Positions 12,522 to 26,859 of a DNA stretch of 64,000 bases are shown in pieces. The DNA comes from Octopus sinensis (Eukaryota): the NCBI RefSeq assembly GCF_006345805.1, contig NC_042997.1, forward strand, positions 135,842,001 to 135,906,000, given 5' to 3'. Each line of letters starts with the position of its first letter. Within the stretch, counting starts at the first letter, position 1. The notes under the pieces are model-generated. The model did no database searches, was not told the DNA's origin, and was given only the letters and a program-made list of their open reading frames with translations. The position numbers and the translations under genes are program-made.

Positions 12522-13434
12522 ATCCACATCTAAAGCATTGAAAAATGTTATTACCTTGTATATATATATATATATATCAGTAACAGGACCATAGTTAGTC
12601 CAAAATAGGTATCTGTGTATCATACTTAAATCATAATCATCGTTGAAAACCTTATAAACTGCAGTATTCCATTCGCGGAGAATTATCTCTTATAGAAGTA
12701 CCGTGCTAAAAAACTCAAAAATATGTGGGTATCAGACGAAATTCTTCAAACAGCTGCGATGTTACCGCTAAATACATATTTTCGCTTCTTTGGATTTCGT
12801 CAATAGCAAGTGTCCACTAACATTTACGTGCTATGAACAAATCATTCACTACTGATTTAATAAAACAGTGATTGAAAACACTACCGTCGCAGTTCACCGG
12901 CACGCTGAATAAAAATTGGTTTTGTGCAACAGAATAATGTTTTAATCAAACTTTTACACAATGTTTGACGTATTTAATAAAATTGTCAGCCAATAAATAT
13001 GTGATTCGACTCTTGTAATAAGATCTAATTTTTGTTGTGTTCTATAACTGTAAAGGCCTGTTACATAATTCATAATTAACACTCTTGAATGCTGACGTCA
13101 ATGTCCATCCATGTATGTGTGTGAGTTTGCTTTTGCAACTGTTATGACATAAAACTCGAACAGGAATGTTGTGCACACAACGCAACCATGCAAACACACA
13201 CACTCACACACTCACACAAAAACACACGGGCACTCACACACACGCACAGATGTATTTGTATGTATATATTGTATATACACGTATACATATATGTGTATGG
13301 ATTACACACACACAGACACATATATATAGTTGTTGTCTTACCATTCTTATCAATATACACACACATATATATATATATACATACACACATATATATACAT
13401 ATATATATACACACACATATATATATACACACAC

Positions 13435-13499
<65 letters not shown>

Positions 13500-13614
13500 A
13501 TTATTTGCCTACATAATGTGATAATCCTGGTTAGGACGATTGTTACTGTTATTTAACCCCAGGAAACATCGTCTCCAGCTGGCTATGCGACACACTATCA
13601 ATAGCTATTCAAAA

Positions 13615-14030
13615 ATGCTATCGAGGTACTACCCTCCATTGCAATATAATGCTGTTGCAAAATCAATACATAATGTTATCAGAAAAAAGAATAGTGCTCT
13701 TGGATAGACATAAGCAACGCCCTTGGTATGTAATACATACATAGCAGCACAAGAAATACTGGTGGAGTATTCTCTGCTGGCACTTGGTAAATGCAGGCAT
13801 AACCTACTTCATGTAGTTATTTGGGACAGAAAAGAAATGCTTTGCACATTCATAGAGAACATTTAAGTTGTTCTCTGGGTGTAAACATATCTTTCAAAAT
13901 CAGTGAGGAGATAACTATCAATGGAAAACTGCTTCGAAATCTGAAACTCCTGTCCTCCGATTATAAATTGAAATTTATACCAATAACCATTGGTGTACTC
14001 GATTATGCTATTTATGACAAAATCTGAAGA
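13615..14030 (+). mobile_element. R4/Dong-like non-LTR element, C-terminal RLE endonuclease fragment
   Basis: MLSRYYPPLQYNAVAK, YWW, KCRHN..VIWD and LSCSLGVNIS..LLRNLKLL..YKLKFIPITIGVL in shifting frames. Confidence 0.65.
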
Positions 14031-14349
14031 TGCTAGGATTTTTAAGCAGAAAGGGAGGTCTTCTAACATGAACTTTATGGATACGATCTATGAGTGGAAT
14101 ATTTGAAATACGCACGGCTTCCTTAAAGTTCAATATGTAATAATTAACGCTGTTATTACGCAAGCATGTATGATAGAACTTATTTCTTTAATTAGAAACC
14201 AACTCCTTCGTTCTAGATAGAATGGTAATAACCAAAAAACGTACATACACATACATCTTGCATGCATACCTTCGTACATTCCTTCATACATACATACATA
14301 CATACATACATACATACATACATACATACATACATACATACATACATAC

Positions 14350-14380
<31 letters not shown>

Positions 14381-14741
14381 CATACATACACACATACATA
14401 CATACATACATTAATGTATGCATGTCTGCATACATTCATGGTGTACAGCGTTATATATTCTAATTGGGATTAATAATAAACTCTCATGGACGTATCTGAA
14501 TGTGTACAAAAGTAAAACCTGGAGGAAACCAATTATGCTGCATGTCTTTTGCTGTTCATATTGACATATGTGTCCTGCTGTATACTTTTCATACACACTA
14601 ATTATACTCTATGGAGTTGCAGATATTTTATCCACATCTAAAGCATTGAAAAATGTTCAAATGTAGTGATTTTTGGAAATGGCCACATTCTTTTGCCAAT
14701 TAACCACGCACGCTATATTCTTGGTCCTTACTCCAGGTTTA

Positions 14742-14945
14742 TTATTACCTCTGCCTTAAGGAAAGCGAAGGTACTGTTTTTCAATCGTGTTTGTTTGTTC
14801 CTTTGTCTTTGGACAAGATATCTCAAGAGCAGCTGGATAGATTCAGATGAAACTTTCAGGGATGTTTGGCCTCGTAACTGGTATGAACTAATTAGATTTT
14901 GGGATCGGTTTGGTACCGGACAAGGACTCTGGAATATCTGTTATA
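14742..14945 (+). mobile_element. Helentron/HINE (DINE-1-like) non-autonomous element fragment
   Basis: attacctctgcc..., gtttgtttg microsatellite, gatgaaactttcagg and attagattttgggatc layout typical of this class; from recall only. Confidence 0.5.
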
Positions 14946-15047
14946 TTTACTTTACATGATTACGATCTTACGTTAACTTACAAGTCTTTCTCAGTTATCT
15001 CCCGTTAGGTTGTAACTATTTTGAATAGTGAATTTGATAACTTTGGC

Positions 15048-15104
15048 TTGTATTAGATAATACAAATTGTATTAGATAATACAAATTGTATTTGATAATA
15101 CAAA
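15048..15104. repeat. 3 x 19-bp minisatellite (ttgtattagataatacaaa), each unit quasi-palindromic
   Basis: Read directly; the third copy has one substitution. Confidence 0.95.
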
Positions 15105-16039
15105 TTTTTTAGGTTAAAATTCTCTAGATGTTCGCATTTTCTTGAAAATCTTATCCTTGTCAGAATTAAAAACATGGTAATAAATTACAAATTACTGCAG
15201 GAAATATATAAGTTGTCCCAAAAATACATTCGTAGAAGCATCAGAATATTTTTGAATATCCAGTATTGCCAAGGTTAATCTCACGTACGTACGTTTCTGT
15301 AAATATATTTACAAATAAAAATCACTCCTGGTATTACTCAATGTAAGTTTAGACAATTCACTTTACATCTGAACTCTGATAAGACAAGTTTTGAAGGTTA
15401 AAGAATTTTCTTTAATGTTTCATTCTCAATCCTATCACATTTACAAAGGGTTAATCTATAACAGATCATGACATTGAATCAAAACCCTAGCAGACATAAC
15501 TGCTTTCGGGTAGTCAAGTAACCAGGAAAAATATGTTAATTTGAGAATTAACACTTTTATCCATCCCTGAACACCAACCTAATTCATGACGTGTTCTATG
15601 AAGTTACGTTCCGTTACAAGGCAATTTATTCTCGTTTACAAATCGCGCCCCATTTTCTCCTTTTCTTCATATAATTCATTTCAATCGGTGATCATTACCA
15701 GGATTTTAATTTGTTTTCATATGTGTGTGTATGTGTGTGTGTATGTGTGTGTGTGTGTGTGTGTGCATGTGTGTGTGCATGTGTGTGCGTGCGTGCGTGC
15801 ATGTGTGTGAGAGTAAATATGTGTGCATGTGACTGAAATAGCATCAGAACTGCTTTGCTTCAGGTAGACATTGCAGGAGCTCCTTAAAGATGCTGCAAGC
15901 TCTTCTCTTGAGGGTGACTAAAGTTATCAAATTGCATTGAAATCTTCAGTTTCGTCAGTAAGTATCTGAAGATCGGCAGTGGGGATTGAATTAACGTTTG
16001 AGTACAGAAGAGTTCCAACTAGAATCTCTTGTCAAACAG

Positions 16040-17400
16040 CTCAACCTTCAGTTCATCTGAAATTGCTCTCTCTTTTGCAACGTCTTTTTTTTCAATCCTT
16101 ATCATACCGAACCCATCTTCACAAAGAATAGCACACACTTAGTGCTGGGAAATCGCAACACTCGCCTGCAAGACATATTTTATTAGAATTTCTTCAACTA
16201 AGTCCACGTATCTAGCTTTCTTACATTGGCGAGAAATATCGAATCTGTCCTCCTGGGACATTTTACGGTTACAATGTATGTCTGGTTAGTCAGATGTTAC
16301 CACCATCTCTTCTAGAATGATGAATATATCCTTCACATCCACTTACATTTTCCAGTTACAAATAGTCACAGAATAGAAAACGGGTCTCTCAAAGTTGCTT
16401 CTATTTTAAGAGCTTTATCACTTTCTCATTGCAATCTGGAAGCGTTGTTTGCTGATGATTCTTGCTTGGTGATTGGTATCGGCCCTCTCACACAGTATCA
16501 GCCTTCTTGCAGTATTTCAGTAAGTGTTTCATTGACGAAAGATTTGCTCTACATTATTTTCAAGATGGGTCTTCTTTACTCGCGATTCAAAGATTATTTG
16601 TGATAGGCAAGAGATGAACGACAGTGCACAGAAAGAAGGACAATTTTCTGTGGTCAGTACTCAAGCATTCCCTTTAGAACAGTGGCCGATCGAATACCTG
16701 TTCCTACTGTTTCTGTGCATGACTATGTTTCATTATATGTGCTTTCTAGCCCCTAGAATTGGCATCGCTCTATCTCTTACTGCTGTAGTTATCAAAATAT
16801 TATCCTGTCAGACTAATCTGGTATTCCTGTACCCTTACAGCTTCCTTCATAGATTCTTGGAGCTACCTGCCAATTATTATGGTATTCTTGACGTCCTTGA
16901 CACTCTCAACCTCAGAAAGTAGCATTGTTTGGGCTGTTCCTATCTTAACGGCCTTGCAACCTTCCACCACCGATGAAATTCGTATATGGAGCTTGGAGGA
17001 CTTGATATACAGGTGAACTTTGGGTCAGCATTCAAACATCTTGGCACGAATTTACAGCAAAATTTCTCTATTGCTTACAATTGTATCAAAATGACCACTA
17101 TAGTTTAGTTAATATTCTATACCGGACGCACCAAACCGTAAAACTACCAAATAGCTGACCATCGTAAACAACCCTGAACTAGGTCTTTTGTTAGGCCAAA
17201 GATCCTTTCGCGTTGCCATTACTACAGGAGATTGTAATACATTCTTCCCAGGGTATCATTTTCCTTTCTCCTGAAATGTTAGAACCTAAAATCCCAGCAA
17301 TCCTGAACAGATTTCTTTTCAGTCCACTTTCCAACATCCTCTTGATCAGAGTTTATTTTTCTGGATTAAATGGCATACGTAGCTATGTCACCAATTTCTC
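16040..17400 (-). mobile_element. Decayed HERO/NeSL-like RLE non-LTR retrotransposon 3' half
   Basis: Minus-strand remnants in expected order: GSFTVWCVRYRILTKL*W, EDPS.K.C..KH.L..CK (CCHC region), then PDI..QEDRFDISRQCKKARYVDLVEE (RLE). Confidence 0.7.
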
Positions 17401-18085
17401 CAGTCAGCTCAGATTCAGCTGTTTTTCTTCAAATGATAATGTTATAACTGTTATAATATCAACGAAGGTCCAGAAGGTTGGATGGCTTGCATTCTCATCA
17501 GTTCCTGAATTTTTATGTTGTTCCCCACCACCACCACCACCACCTCTGTGAGTAGGTTCATGGCAGCTACGAACCAGACCATAGCTACTGTGTAGTTGTC
17601 ATAATGCTCTTATCGTGTTTCTGTTATTTAAGGTAAAATTTTACAAAATAAACCACATTTTCAGCAAATTAATATACCACATGATGAACTAAACTACTGT
17701 TGCTTTTAATTGGTTTAGCTCTTGCTTCGTTGGTCAGGCGCAATTGTCCAAGTTTTAAGATTTAACCATTGTACTGAATGTGTGTTTTATGTGATGTTGG
17801 CACTCATTGTCGTCAAGCTGACTAGCTACCCTGGGCCAACTCATTTTTGTTCACTTGTATAAAAGTATTAATTGATCAGTAGGTAATTTGTTAATCTTTA
17901 AGCCTTTATGGAACAAACATCTACCGTTCGATATCTAAGGTAGTTTATACGCATATGAATATAGGAAGGCGGATGGGGATTTTTGTGGGTTTATGTATGA
18001 TTGTGTCTACATATACTCACGTATACATAAATACATAAATACATGTATGTATGCATGAATATATGTATGTATGTAAAATCTATGT

Positions 18086-18523
18086 TACATTATATATAAG
18101 GGCTTAGTAAAATAAATTACTTTGCCACATACTGAACTCATTAGAAATAGCAGCTAAAGAAATTTCTTCAGCTATTTCTAATACTTAAAGAAGATCTCTC
18201 TCAGATAGTGTTTGCCTAAACCAACTCACAAAAGTATGGGGGAACTTTGCACTTGATTTTTTAATGTTTTTTCCCCCATACTTTTGTGAGTTGGTTTAGG
18301 CAAACACTATCTGAGAGAGATCTTCTTTAAGTATTAGAAATAGCTGAAGAAATTTCTTTAGCTGCTATTTCTAATGAGTTCAGTATGTGGCAAAGTAATT
18401 TATTTTACTAAGCCCTTATATATAATGTAATATTTTGAATTCGCCTATAATGGTCCCTTTACATACTGAATACTTGGTGAAATTGATTGATAATTAATTA
18501 ATTTTACCCTCAATTGTTGAAAT
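18086..18523 (+). mobile_element. Short fold-back insertion from the same family as the 8.5-11.9 kb array, with 16-bp TSD
   Basis: Perfect 160-bp inverted arms 18085-18244 and 18271-18430; same 3' end (ccctcaattgttgaaat); tatgtaaaatctatgt at 18070-18085 and 18524-18539. Confidence 0.9.
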
Positions 18524-18910
18524 TATGTAAAATCTATGTATATATGTATGTATATATGCATGTATGTATGTATGTATGTATGTATGTATGTATGTATGTA
18601 TGTATGTATGTATGTTGCATGTATGTATGTATATATGTATGTATTTATGTTTGTATACATGTTTGAGTGTGTGTGTAAACGTACGTTTATATTCTGATAT
18701 AAGAATATTCAAAATTTCTGCTCGTAATTTATCAAGGGCTTATCATTCTCAAACGACGTGTATCCTTCTCTAACATAAAGAGGCAGTCAGTTTAGCTGTT
18801 TATTAAAACAGCAACTTGCTACCAGTTCTTTACAAAGAATGACGCATTGCTTGAATGCTAACCAGAATATATACCAACAGAAAGTATAAGTCTCTAAACT
18901 CTCGCTAAAT

Positions 18911-19635
18911 ATCAGGTCATCCCATAAGTTCTGTTCGATTTTACTTTCTTAAAAATCGAATGAAATTTAATAGTATTTTAGAATGTCTAATAGAATTTAA
19001 AATTATTTTTATGCATTGGTGTACATTTAAACTAATTAAATATTATTTTACAGCATAATAGAATTAAAATTTCTTTGATTAAAACCCTTTCTAACATGGA
19101 AGTATCCAAAGAGCATTTGAAACACATAATGCTTTATGAGTACAAAAAAGGGAAACTCTGCAGCCGAAGCGACCCAGAACATACATTCAGTTTATGGGAA
19201 ATAATGCTTGAATGAACGAACTTGCAGAAGATGGTTTGCAAAATTCAGAAGTGGAGATTTCAGCCTTGAAGATAATCGAACAGGACGTCCAGTTGAGTTT
19301 GATGATAAGCTCCTTGAGGCATTACTTGAAGAAAATTTTGCATTATCAGTTGAAGAATTGGCAATAAAGCTTAGTTCAAACCATACAACTGTTCATCGTC
19401 ATCTTAAACAACTTGGAAGGGTTCCTAAACCTGGAGTTGACATCTGCTCTACTCTCCATTCTCGCGAACTCATTTCACCCTTTTTGGATAGACTTGTGAC
19501 TATTGACGAAAAATGGATCTTCCATCGAAATGTTAAACATCGTAAACAGTGGCTTGGTAAAAGGGTAAAAGCTCAACCACAAACGAGAAGGGAACTTCAT
19601 GGGAAAAAGGTTCTTGTCTCTATCTGGTGGGTTTT
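18911..19635 (+). mobile_element. Mariner transposon, 5' half (truncated pseudogene)
   Basis: TIR-like start atcaggtcatcccataagttctg; ATG at 19096 MEVSKEHLKHIMLYEYKKG; RWFAKFRSGDFSLED; LVTIDEKWI; ends at KKVLVSIWW. Confidence 0.9.
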
Positions 19636-22600
19636 AAATCCACTATTTAAAACCTCCCAATTTATATTATTTTACTTGGAAGATCAACTGAGTTAATAAT
19701 GCTTCTGAGACATAAAAGCTTGTGTAAAATGATATTTAGAATTGTACAGCATTGTAGACAGCTGCTAATTGTGTACGAAATAACTTTTAAGAAAGAAAAC
19801 ATCGTGATTATTAGAGTAAATATAATTTAGCATTTTTGCATGTAGTTTGAAAAATATTTGAAATTCAATTTATTTAGTGAAGAATATTGCACTTGACAGA
19901 GTCAAGTTATTTCTAGCAAAGTCATGCATTCTTTCTGATGCGACATCTTTAAGTGCATATTTTTCAATATACCTTTAGGCAACATGCATTTATTTAACTG
20001 ATATATTTTGTAAGACAGCTATTGACACTATAAGTTAATATCGCCGTAAAAATACGACACAGTTCGTGAGACAATGAGAGGACAGAAGAATGAGAAGGTG
20101 AGAGTATGAGATTGTAAGAGAACATTTTGTGTATGCAGATGGCGTGATTTTGATTCTAAACTAACGTTGCGTGCAGAGCTGTCAATTTGCTGACCATTTT
20201 CAAACACATTCCACATCTTAAAGCGTAGGTGACGCATTGTTTACCCAAAAAAGTGATTCGGTGTCAATTAGAAAAAGCTTATACCCAAAGCAGTACAAAA
20301 ATAACATATTCGCAACGACCAAATGTCATTTGTAAATATGATCTTCAAGAGATGTTAGTTTGTGAGGCCGGTTCAGTTACAGCAACAAATAGTTTTACTT
20401 TTAATGCAATACATATTTTTACAGCGATTAAAAACGAGTCATTCAGGTACCAATTAAAATTGTTATGATTCCAACAACCAAGTATCATAAATCAAATCAA
20501 AATCATAATTTAAGATTAGCCAGGCTGCAACTCATTTCCTCCAGTGTTAGCGTAATTCAAAATGCAGTAGATTTTTTTTAAACTAGCATCTTTTCCAAAA
20601 TAATCACAGTACGGTTTCCGCTAGTGTATAATTTGTGCCTGATGTGTTGAGGCATGTGATAATAATGTTATCTAAATTTATATCTTTTACCAAATTTTCT
20701 ACAATTTATAATATGATCAGTGTCATTACTAAACGTATATCTGTATTTAAAAGAAATAGTAAGACTTGGTGCTGCATACTTGCTGATCTTAAAATTCTGA
20801 GTCCACTAAGCACAATTTAGATTGTATTCATGATCAAATGTATCATCTTGTTTATTGTACAAGATATATTTTGGTTGAAATTTTACTTATTTAAAGACAT
20901 TTTAACTGGGAGGTATTTTATGGCATCATCTGGTATTTTTAACATAGTTAATACCTCAAGGCAATGGTTTCAAAAATACTAATCAATTTTAATCAATTTC
21001 ACAACGTTCATTTAACTAACATTAAACAAATTCAAGACAAAATTATTCTGGTATCTCTACATTTTATGTTTATGTGTGTGTACGTGTTAACTAGAAAAAA
21101 ACATTATTTCAATGTGGTATGAAAAAGAGAGAAATCAACTATCATATTTTTTTTTTACGTTGGAATGAGATTAATTTTCCCTCTTATTAAATCAATATTT
21201 TGCTCTGGGCACAAAAATCTAAAAACTTATCCCAAAACTTGAAGCTATGTTGTTGTCTCCTAATAACTCTTGTTTTTACTGTTTTATTTACTTAGTGTTA
21301 CACATGCATATTGTTTTGTTTTGAGTTTTTTTTTCTCTGAGTCTGTATCTCACACTATTCGTGATTCTTTCCTTCTGGCTTCCTCTTTCTATTTCTTTGG
21401 GTTTCTCTATCGTTTTTTCTTTTATATCTCTTCCTATTTTCTCGACTCTTTAATATTACCATCTGCAATCACAACATTACTTCCATCGCCTTTTAGCTTA
21501 AATATAACAGATTAAACTGCACAAATGACAAATATTTACTATAAATACAAGCAGTAAATCACAAGGGTGTATCATTTTATATCGATGGAGATAGAAATCT
21601 GTAAATATGCTACTATATGTTTTTCAAACACATTTGCTTATGAAGGAATGCGCTGCCTTATATTTTCCCTGTGTCAAGTTACATAGAAATAATTTGGCTT
21701 CTGAAAGCCCCTAAAGTGGTTGATAATTCTTAAAGATATAGACTAGATGTTCTTCACACTGAGTGATCCAATGTTAATAACACTCAAATGTTATGAACTC
21801 CTTATGTAATAGTAGCTGTCGATAGATGAGAAAAATACCTCTACCTGAATTCAATAAATAGTTTTGTATCTGTGCAAGTGGTTTCAATCCGCTATCGCCC
21901 CTCTTTGACTTATGATAAATAGTTCCAGTGAGTAAATACGCATAATGAAGTGAACCAAGACATTTTAATCTATTGATATAACAGCTATTAGAGGAAAACA
22001 ATACACTATCGTAAATATTGATCAAAAGCTGGAAGAAAAGTAAACCTATAGATAAAATTATGTATAGACTAAAGCAAGGATAAGGTAACTGAATTTAATT
22101 GACAAAAATCAATTAAGCATTAGCTCAGAAAAAGAAACACGACAGATTAATAATTTTCTAAAATATGTTGTTCCATACTTCATGAAATACTTTAAAGTTT
22201 ACTAGAGAAACTTTAAGTATTTAAGCTTACCCAGTGAAACATTTCTGAACTATTGGTCAACATTCCTTTTAACATAAGATACATATTAACTTATTTACGA
22301 ATACTGGTATTGTAGTAAATTAGCGGTAGCTCGTAGTGGGACGTGGTAGATCGTGATAAGACGAGTCTGCTACTTGTTTTTCAATCATTGTTTCATACAT
22401 TTCACTTGCTTCTTTTACGTATTTGAAAGTTTATGCATGTAACAATATCTGTTTCCTGTGAGGAGAATCAACTTATATGAAATAACTATAAAGGGACCTT
22501 ATAGAAATTGCAGCTACGTTCACTGAAATGGCATCTATATAAGAATAAGGAATGGGATAATGTAGTCTTCGATATGCAAAGCGCTGAAAAGACGTGGATA

Positions 22601-25014
22601 AGCGACAGGAATAACAACAGGACGGAATGGTCACGACTAGGAAGTTCTTTATCTCAGATATAGTCAAGCTGGGTTGAACATAATGCTAAGCAGTAAGAAC
22701 ATATCGATTTAAAGTTTTTCTCTTTAATTAATATGTAAGCGAAATACAGAGACTCAATCATCATAAATAGGTCTTTCGTGAGAGTGTTAATGCTATTCAC
22801 TTTTCTACTCTCTTCCTCACACATATCATCGATACTATCTTTCAACGCACGTATATATGAAAATTATGCACCATTTCTTCATTCTCACCTTACCTACCTT
22901 ACCAAGCATCAGCCTTAGGCAGTCTAAACACTTCACGCGTAATGTGCACCACATATGTCATGCACAGTGACCAAGAACACATTCTCCGACTGAACATTGC
23001 CAATCCTGTCTTTTTGAATAGTGTAAAGAAACAATGTTTACGTGTATCAATAAAACATTTTCAGACACCCAACCAACCCAAACATTCACATTACGCTACT
23101 ACAACCCTCAGTTTGCTGCAAACGCTATGAGTCACGATCACGAAATTTCTCTGAAGTTATTCAACATAGCAAAGCCAGCACCAAAGAAACTGACCTTTCT
23201 TTACAGCACCAGAAAATTCCCCAGCCCCTTAAGCTACAAACAATCGAAACCCATAATGGATTACCGCGCCCTCAGATGTTGGGTGGTGATGCTGCTACAC
23301 ATATAAACACATCCTAGACAATATTCAATAATAAAGCACATGTCTAATTAGAATAAAGACATTCACGAACACATTGTAGCCGCTAACTCATCAACTTAGA
23401 CTTACTTCTCTGCCTTTCTTACTACACTCATTGTATACAATGCTCTTCATGGCCGGTTGGGTCGTGCTATCTCCATTTTGCGTCACCCAAATCAGTTGTC
23501 TCCTCTACACTCGTGACCCCTATTGGGGCCACCGAAAGCACCTATCCAAACATTTCTCCCAATCATTGAAAGAGTGGATACACTGAATTTCAGTCGCTGC
23601 TCATGTTTCTTTGTTTTGTTTTTGTTGTTTTCTTTTGTTTTTACTTTGCATCCGTCGACGTGTACGTGTTTAAGTGGAACGTGAACTACGTCGATTTTTG
23701 TACCTGAAAGGATCTGTTAAAGACAGTCATAGTCAATTCCTTCGGAAGAGTCCACTATAAAAGCATTCGCATATGATTACGTTAATTCACCAATAGTTAA
23801 ATATTCTCAGCATAAATATTGTAATATCAACTCCACTTTAAATATTAACTCCACTTTAAATCCAAAACCTTTATTAGATATTTAATTGCTTCAACGTACA
23901 ATCTTCAACCAAAATATTCAATCTGAGGCGGTTTTCTAATGATTTAATAATATTTAACTGGATTTGTTCGTCCTTGCATTTTCATTGCGACAGGTACATA
24001 TTTATAATTACGGGGCACACATAAATACACAATAACTAAGAAACCTAAACAGGAGATTAAGAAGAGAATGTAATCCACTTATAGTCCGCATACGTATACT
24101 CGTTCACATTTCTGCAGCTGCTTCTATAAGACAAGGTGAAAATGGCTTTTTCACTCGTACATAGGTTTGATCGTCTAGGCGCACAATTCTAAAACTGCTT
24201 GGAGGTAATATGTGTATAAATAAAAGCTATTCAGCAAACAGTTAGCTGAATGAGTGTTATTTGGGAATCATTCCCACTGATTTCTGTTTCATGTGGTATT
24301 TATTAATTAACTTAACTTTCTAGGTTGCTAGCAGGTTAACAAATTATGTGCTTATTATGGCTATAAATTCCATATGTGACTGCAAGGAACTAGTTTACCA
24401 ATTTTCTTTTCTTTTTATTTGTCCGTAAGCTATTGTACTTCTTGTGAGATCATAAACGTTCGTTCGAAAATTTCCAGTTATAAATATCTTCTTGTCACGT
24501 TTTTCCTATTAAGTATTCATATCATGACCAAAAGTCGTTGACATTAATATTTTTGGGAAGACTGTTTTTTTTTTAACAAGTAGGTATTTTTACTATCACT
24601 TTTGTGACAGCAAAATGTTAAAGTGTCACATTTGAATTATTTCAATAATTAAGTGTGATTTTCCTCCCAAAGTTTGAGAAACCGTTAACAATCTGAAATA
24701 CCAGGAAGACGTTAATTGAAAATTAGTGCAAACACCAACGAGGTACCACCATGCCATTAGTTACTATTGATCATGTTTCCTATAATGAGATATTATAGGT
24801 AAAATCAAGCAACGTTTAAGGAATATTAATTAGAAATTTCGGTTGCCTACTTTAAATAACGGTGGGTGAAGATCGCGACCAAATTTTGATTTTTGTTTGA
24901 TGAAATTCATTATATTTCTGCTACTAATATTGTTTGAAAAGGCTTGCATATCTCAACATTTTAATCCTCATCTTGACAAGTTGAATGTATATTTACTTTT
25001 CAATGATTATGCGT

Positions 25015-25050
<36 letters not shown>

Positions 25051-26384
25051 TGCCAGAGTGGATGACTAAAATACCGCGAGTTACTTCCCGTAACTCTCAA
25101 ATATTCTTAGCTCAATTGTAAATAGTTGCGTTTGTCGTTTTTCTCATTAGTTAGCTGTCGTTCAACCCTGAACAAGAAAAAGTGTAATCAAAGGCATTCC
25201 AGTCATGGTCACCCTATCATTATTGTATCAGGTATAGTGTATTTAGAAACGCAGTGACCAATGTATTACATTGTTTTTGATGGCTGGCTGTAGATTTTTA
25301 TTCCTAGCAAGTGCTGCTGTCTCAATTTACTTGAAACAATAAATCATATAGTTCTTCTTCAGTAGAAGAAGAACTATATGATCGCTATCGTTACTATTTA
25401 ATGGTGACTCGAAATCTACCCTGCATAGAGAATTTTTAAAAGAAAAGGACTTAATTTAATTCCTTCCGCTGTGTTCGTGAAGAAGAAATCTTGAGGTTGT
25501 ATATTTCCAGTCTAATAACGTATATGTTATCCCAAGTTTATTGTGGATTGTATCAGAGTTTTGTCTTCTGAAGCCATTCTGATTATTGCTGTTGTTCAGG
25601 CAATAAATCCGAAAGCATTTAGATGGATAGCACTAAACCAGTTTATACAATTTAGTTTTGTCTATTTGTGACTCGAAATTCAGGAAATGCTGCTATAGGA
25701 TATTGTTCCATCTGGATTAATAAAATACGTAGGAATCCGTTATATATGAGCGTTATTCCAACAGTTATAAACTTCTGCAAAACATAGGCTATCTGCTTTG
25801 TCAAAAGTGATAGTGGCTGGTGATGATAGAAAACTGGTCAAGAGCATTTCATATAGGTAAATCTTGATAAGCTATTTCAATGCGTAACTGACTTGCTAAA
25901 TATATTAATCTTGTACTACTGTACTGTACTAGTTCATATTTCAAATGCACTATTTCAACTTGACTTAAATAATAATTAATGATTTATGGATCAAATTGTC
26001 ATTTTTCCAAGAAAACTAATCAAATTTTATAGCATATTTTAGTTTCCGAAATAAGATATCATTTATTTATTATATGAATGTAATAAATTTAAATATTTTG
26101 ATAGAAAACAATGATTAATAATATACTTAGCTCTCCATTAACCGCAACCAATATTAACCGTTTTGTCTGCAGTAAATTTAACAAACATACTTTATAAAAA
26201 AAACTGAACACATGAAAACGGTATTTCTTTGTTTAGATGTAGTTTTAATTTATTGTTAGATAATAGATAAAGAAATCCATGTACAAAATATATCATAGTT
26301 ATTAAAAGTGTTGTCAAATTTTGTGTCAAGGTTTAATTCCAGCTCAAAGTGTCACGTTTGGATCGACGCCCTGACGTTCTGACT

Positions 26385-26740
26385 TAAAAATCAAACATCC
26401 AGTCATCATCATGGTGTTTCGAGTGATCACTAGTGATGGTGACATTATGCCTCCGTTCATCTCCCCCCACGGCCTCATACTCAACTCAGAAGCCTACATC
26501 AAGTGCCTGGATGAGGTAGTGCTGCCTTGGGTAAAGAGGGTGACAGCTGAAAGACACTACGTATAGCAACAGGACTCTGAACCATAACACACACGCAGGA
26601 GTCCCTTGTCATAGCTGGCAGGCAATTTCTGAGACCACATCACCTCAAACATCTAGCCACTTAACTCTCCAGACTGCAACTTCCTTGATTATTATGTGTG
26701 GGGCGCAGTTGAACGAAAGACCAAGAAAACTCCTTGTAAT
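26385..26740 (+). pseudogene. Tc1/mariner DD37D (maT) transposase catalytic fragment
   Basis: QQDSEP*HT...NSPDCNFLDYYVWG with 37 residues between the second and third Asp; five in-frame stops. Confidence 0.85.
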
Positions 26741-26859
26741 ATGATGTTAGTGTTATTTTCATTTTTTCTAATTTATTCATCGCACTAAATATATATTGTA
26801 TAGGGCAAAATTCTGTTCAATGCACATTTCTTGAAATTGTCTGATAGTAAATATACAGT

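Noticed and set aside
26570-26660. Three TGG-to-TAG changes in the DD37D fragment, suggesting RIP/APOBEC-like editing
   Set aside because: Too few sites, other stops arise by different changes, and there is no consensus to polarise them.
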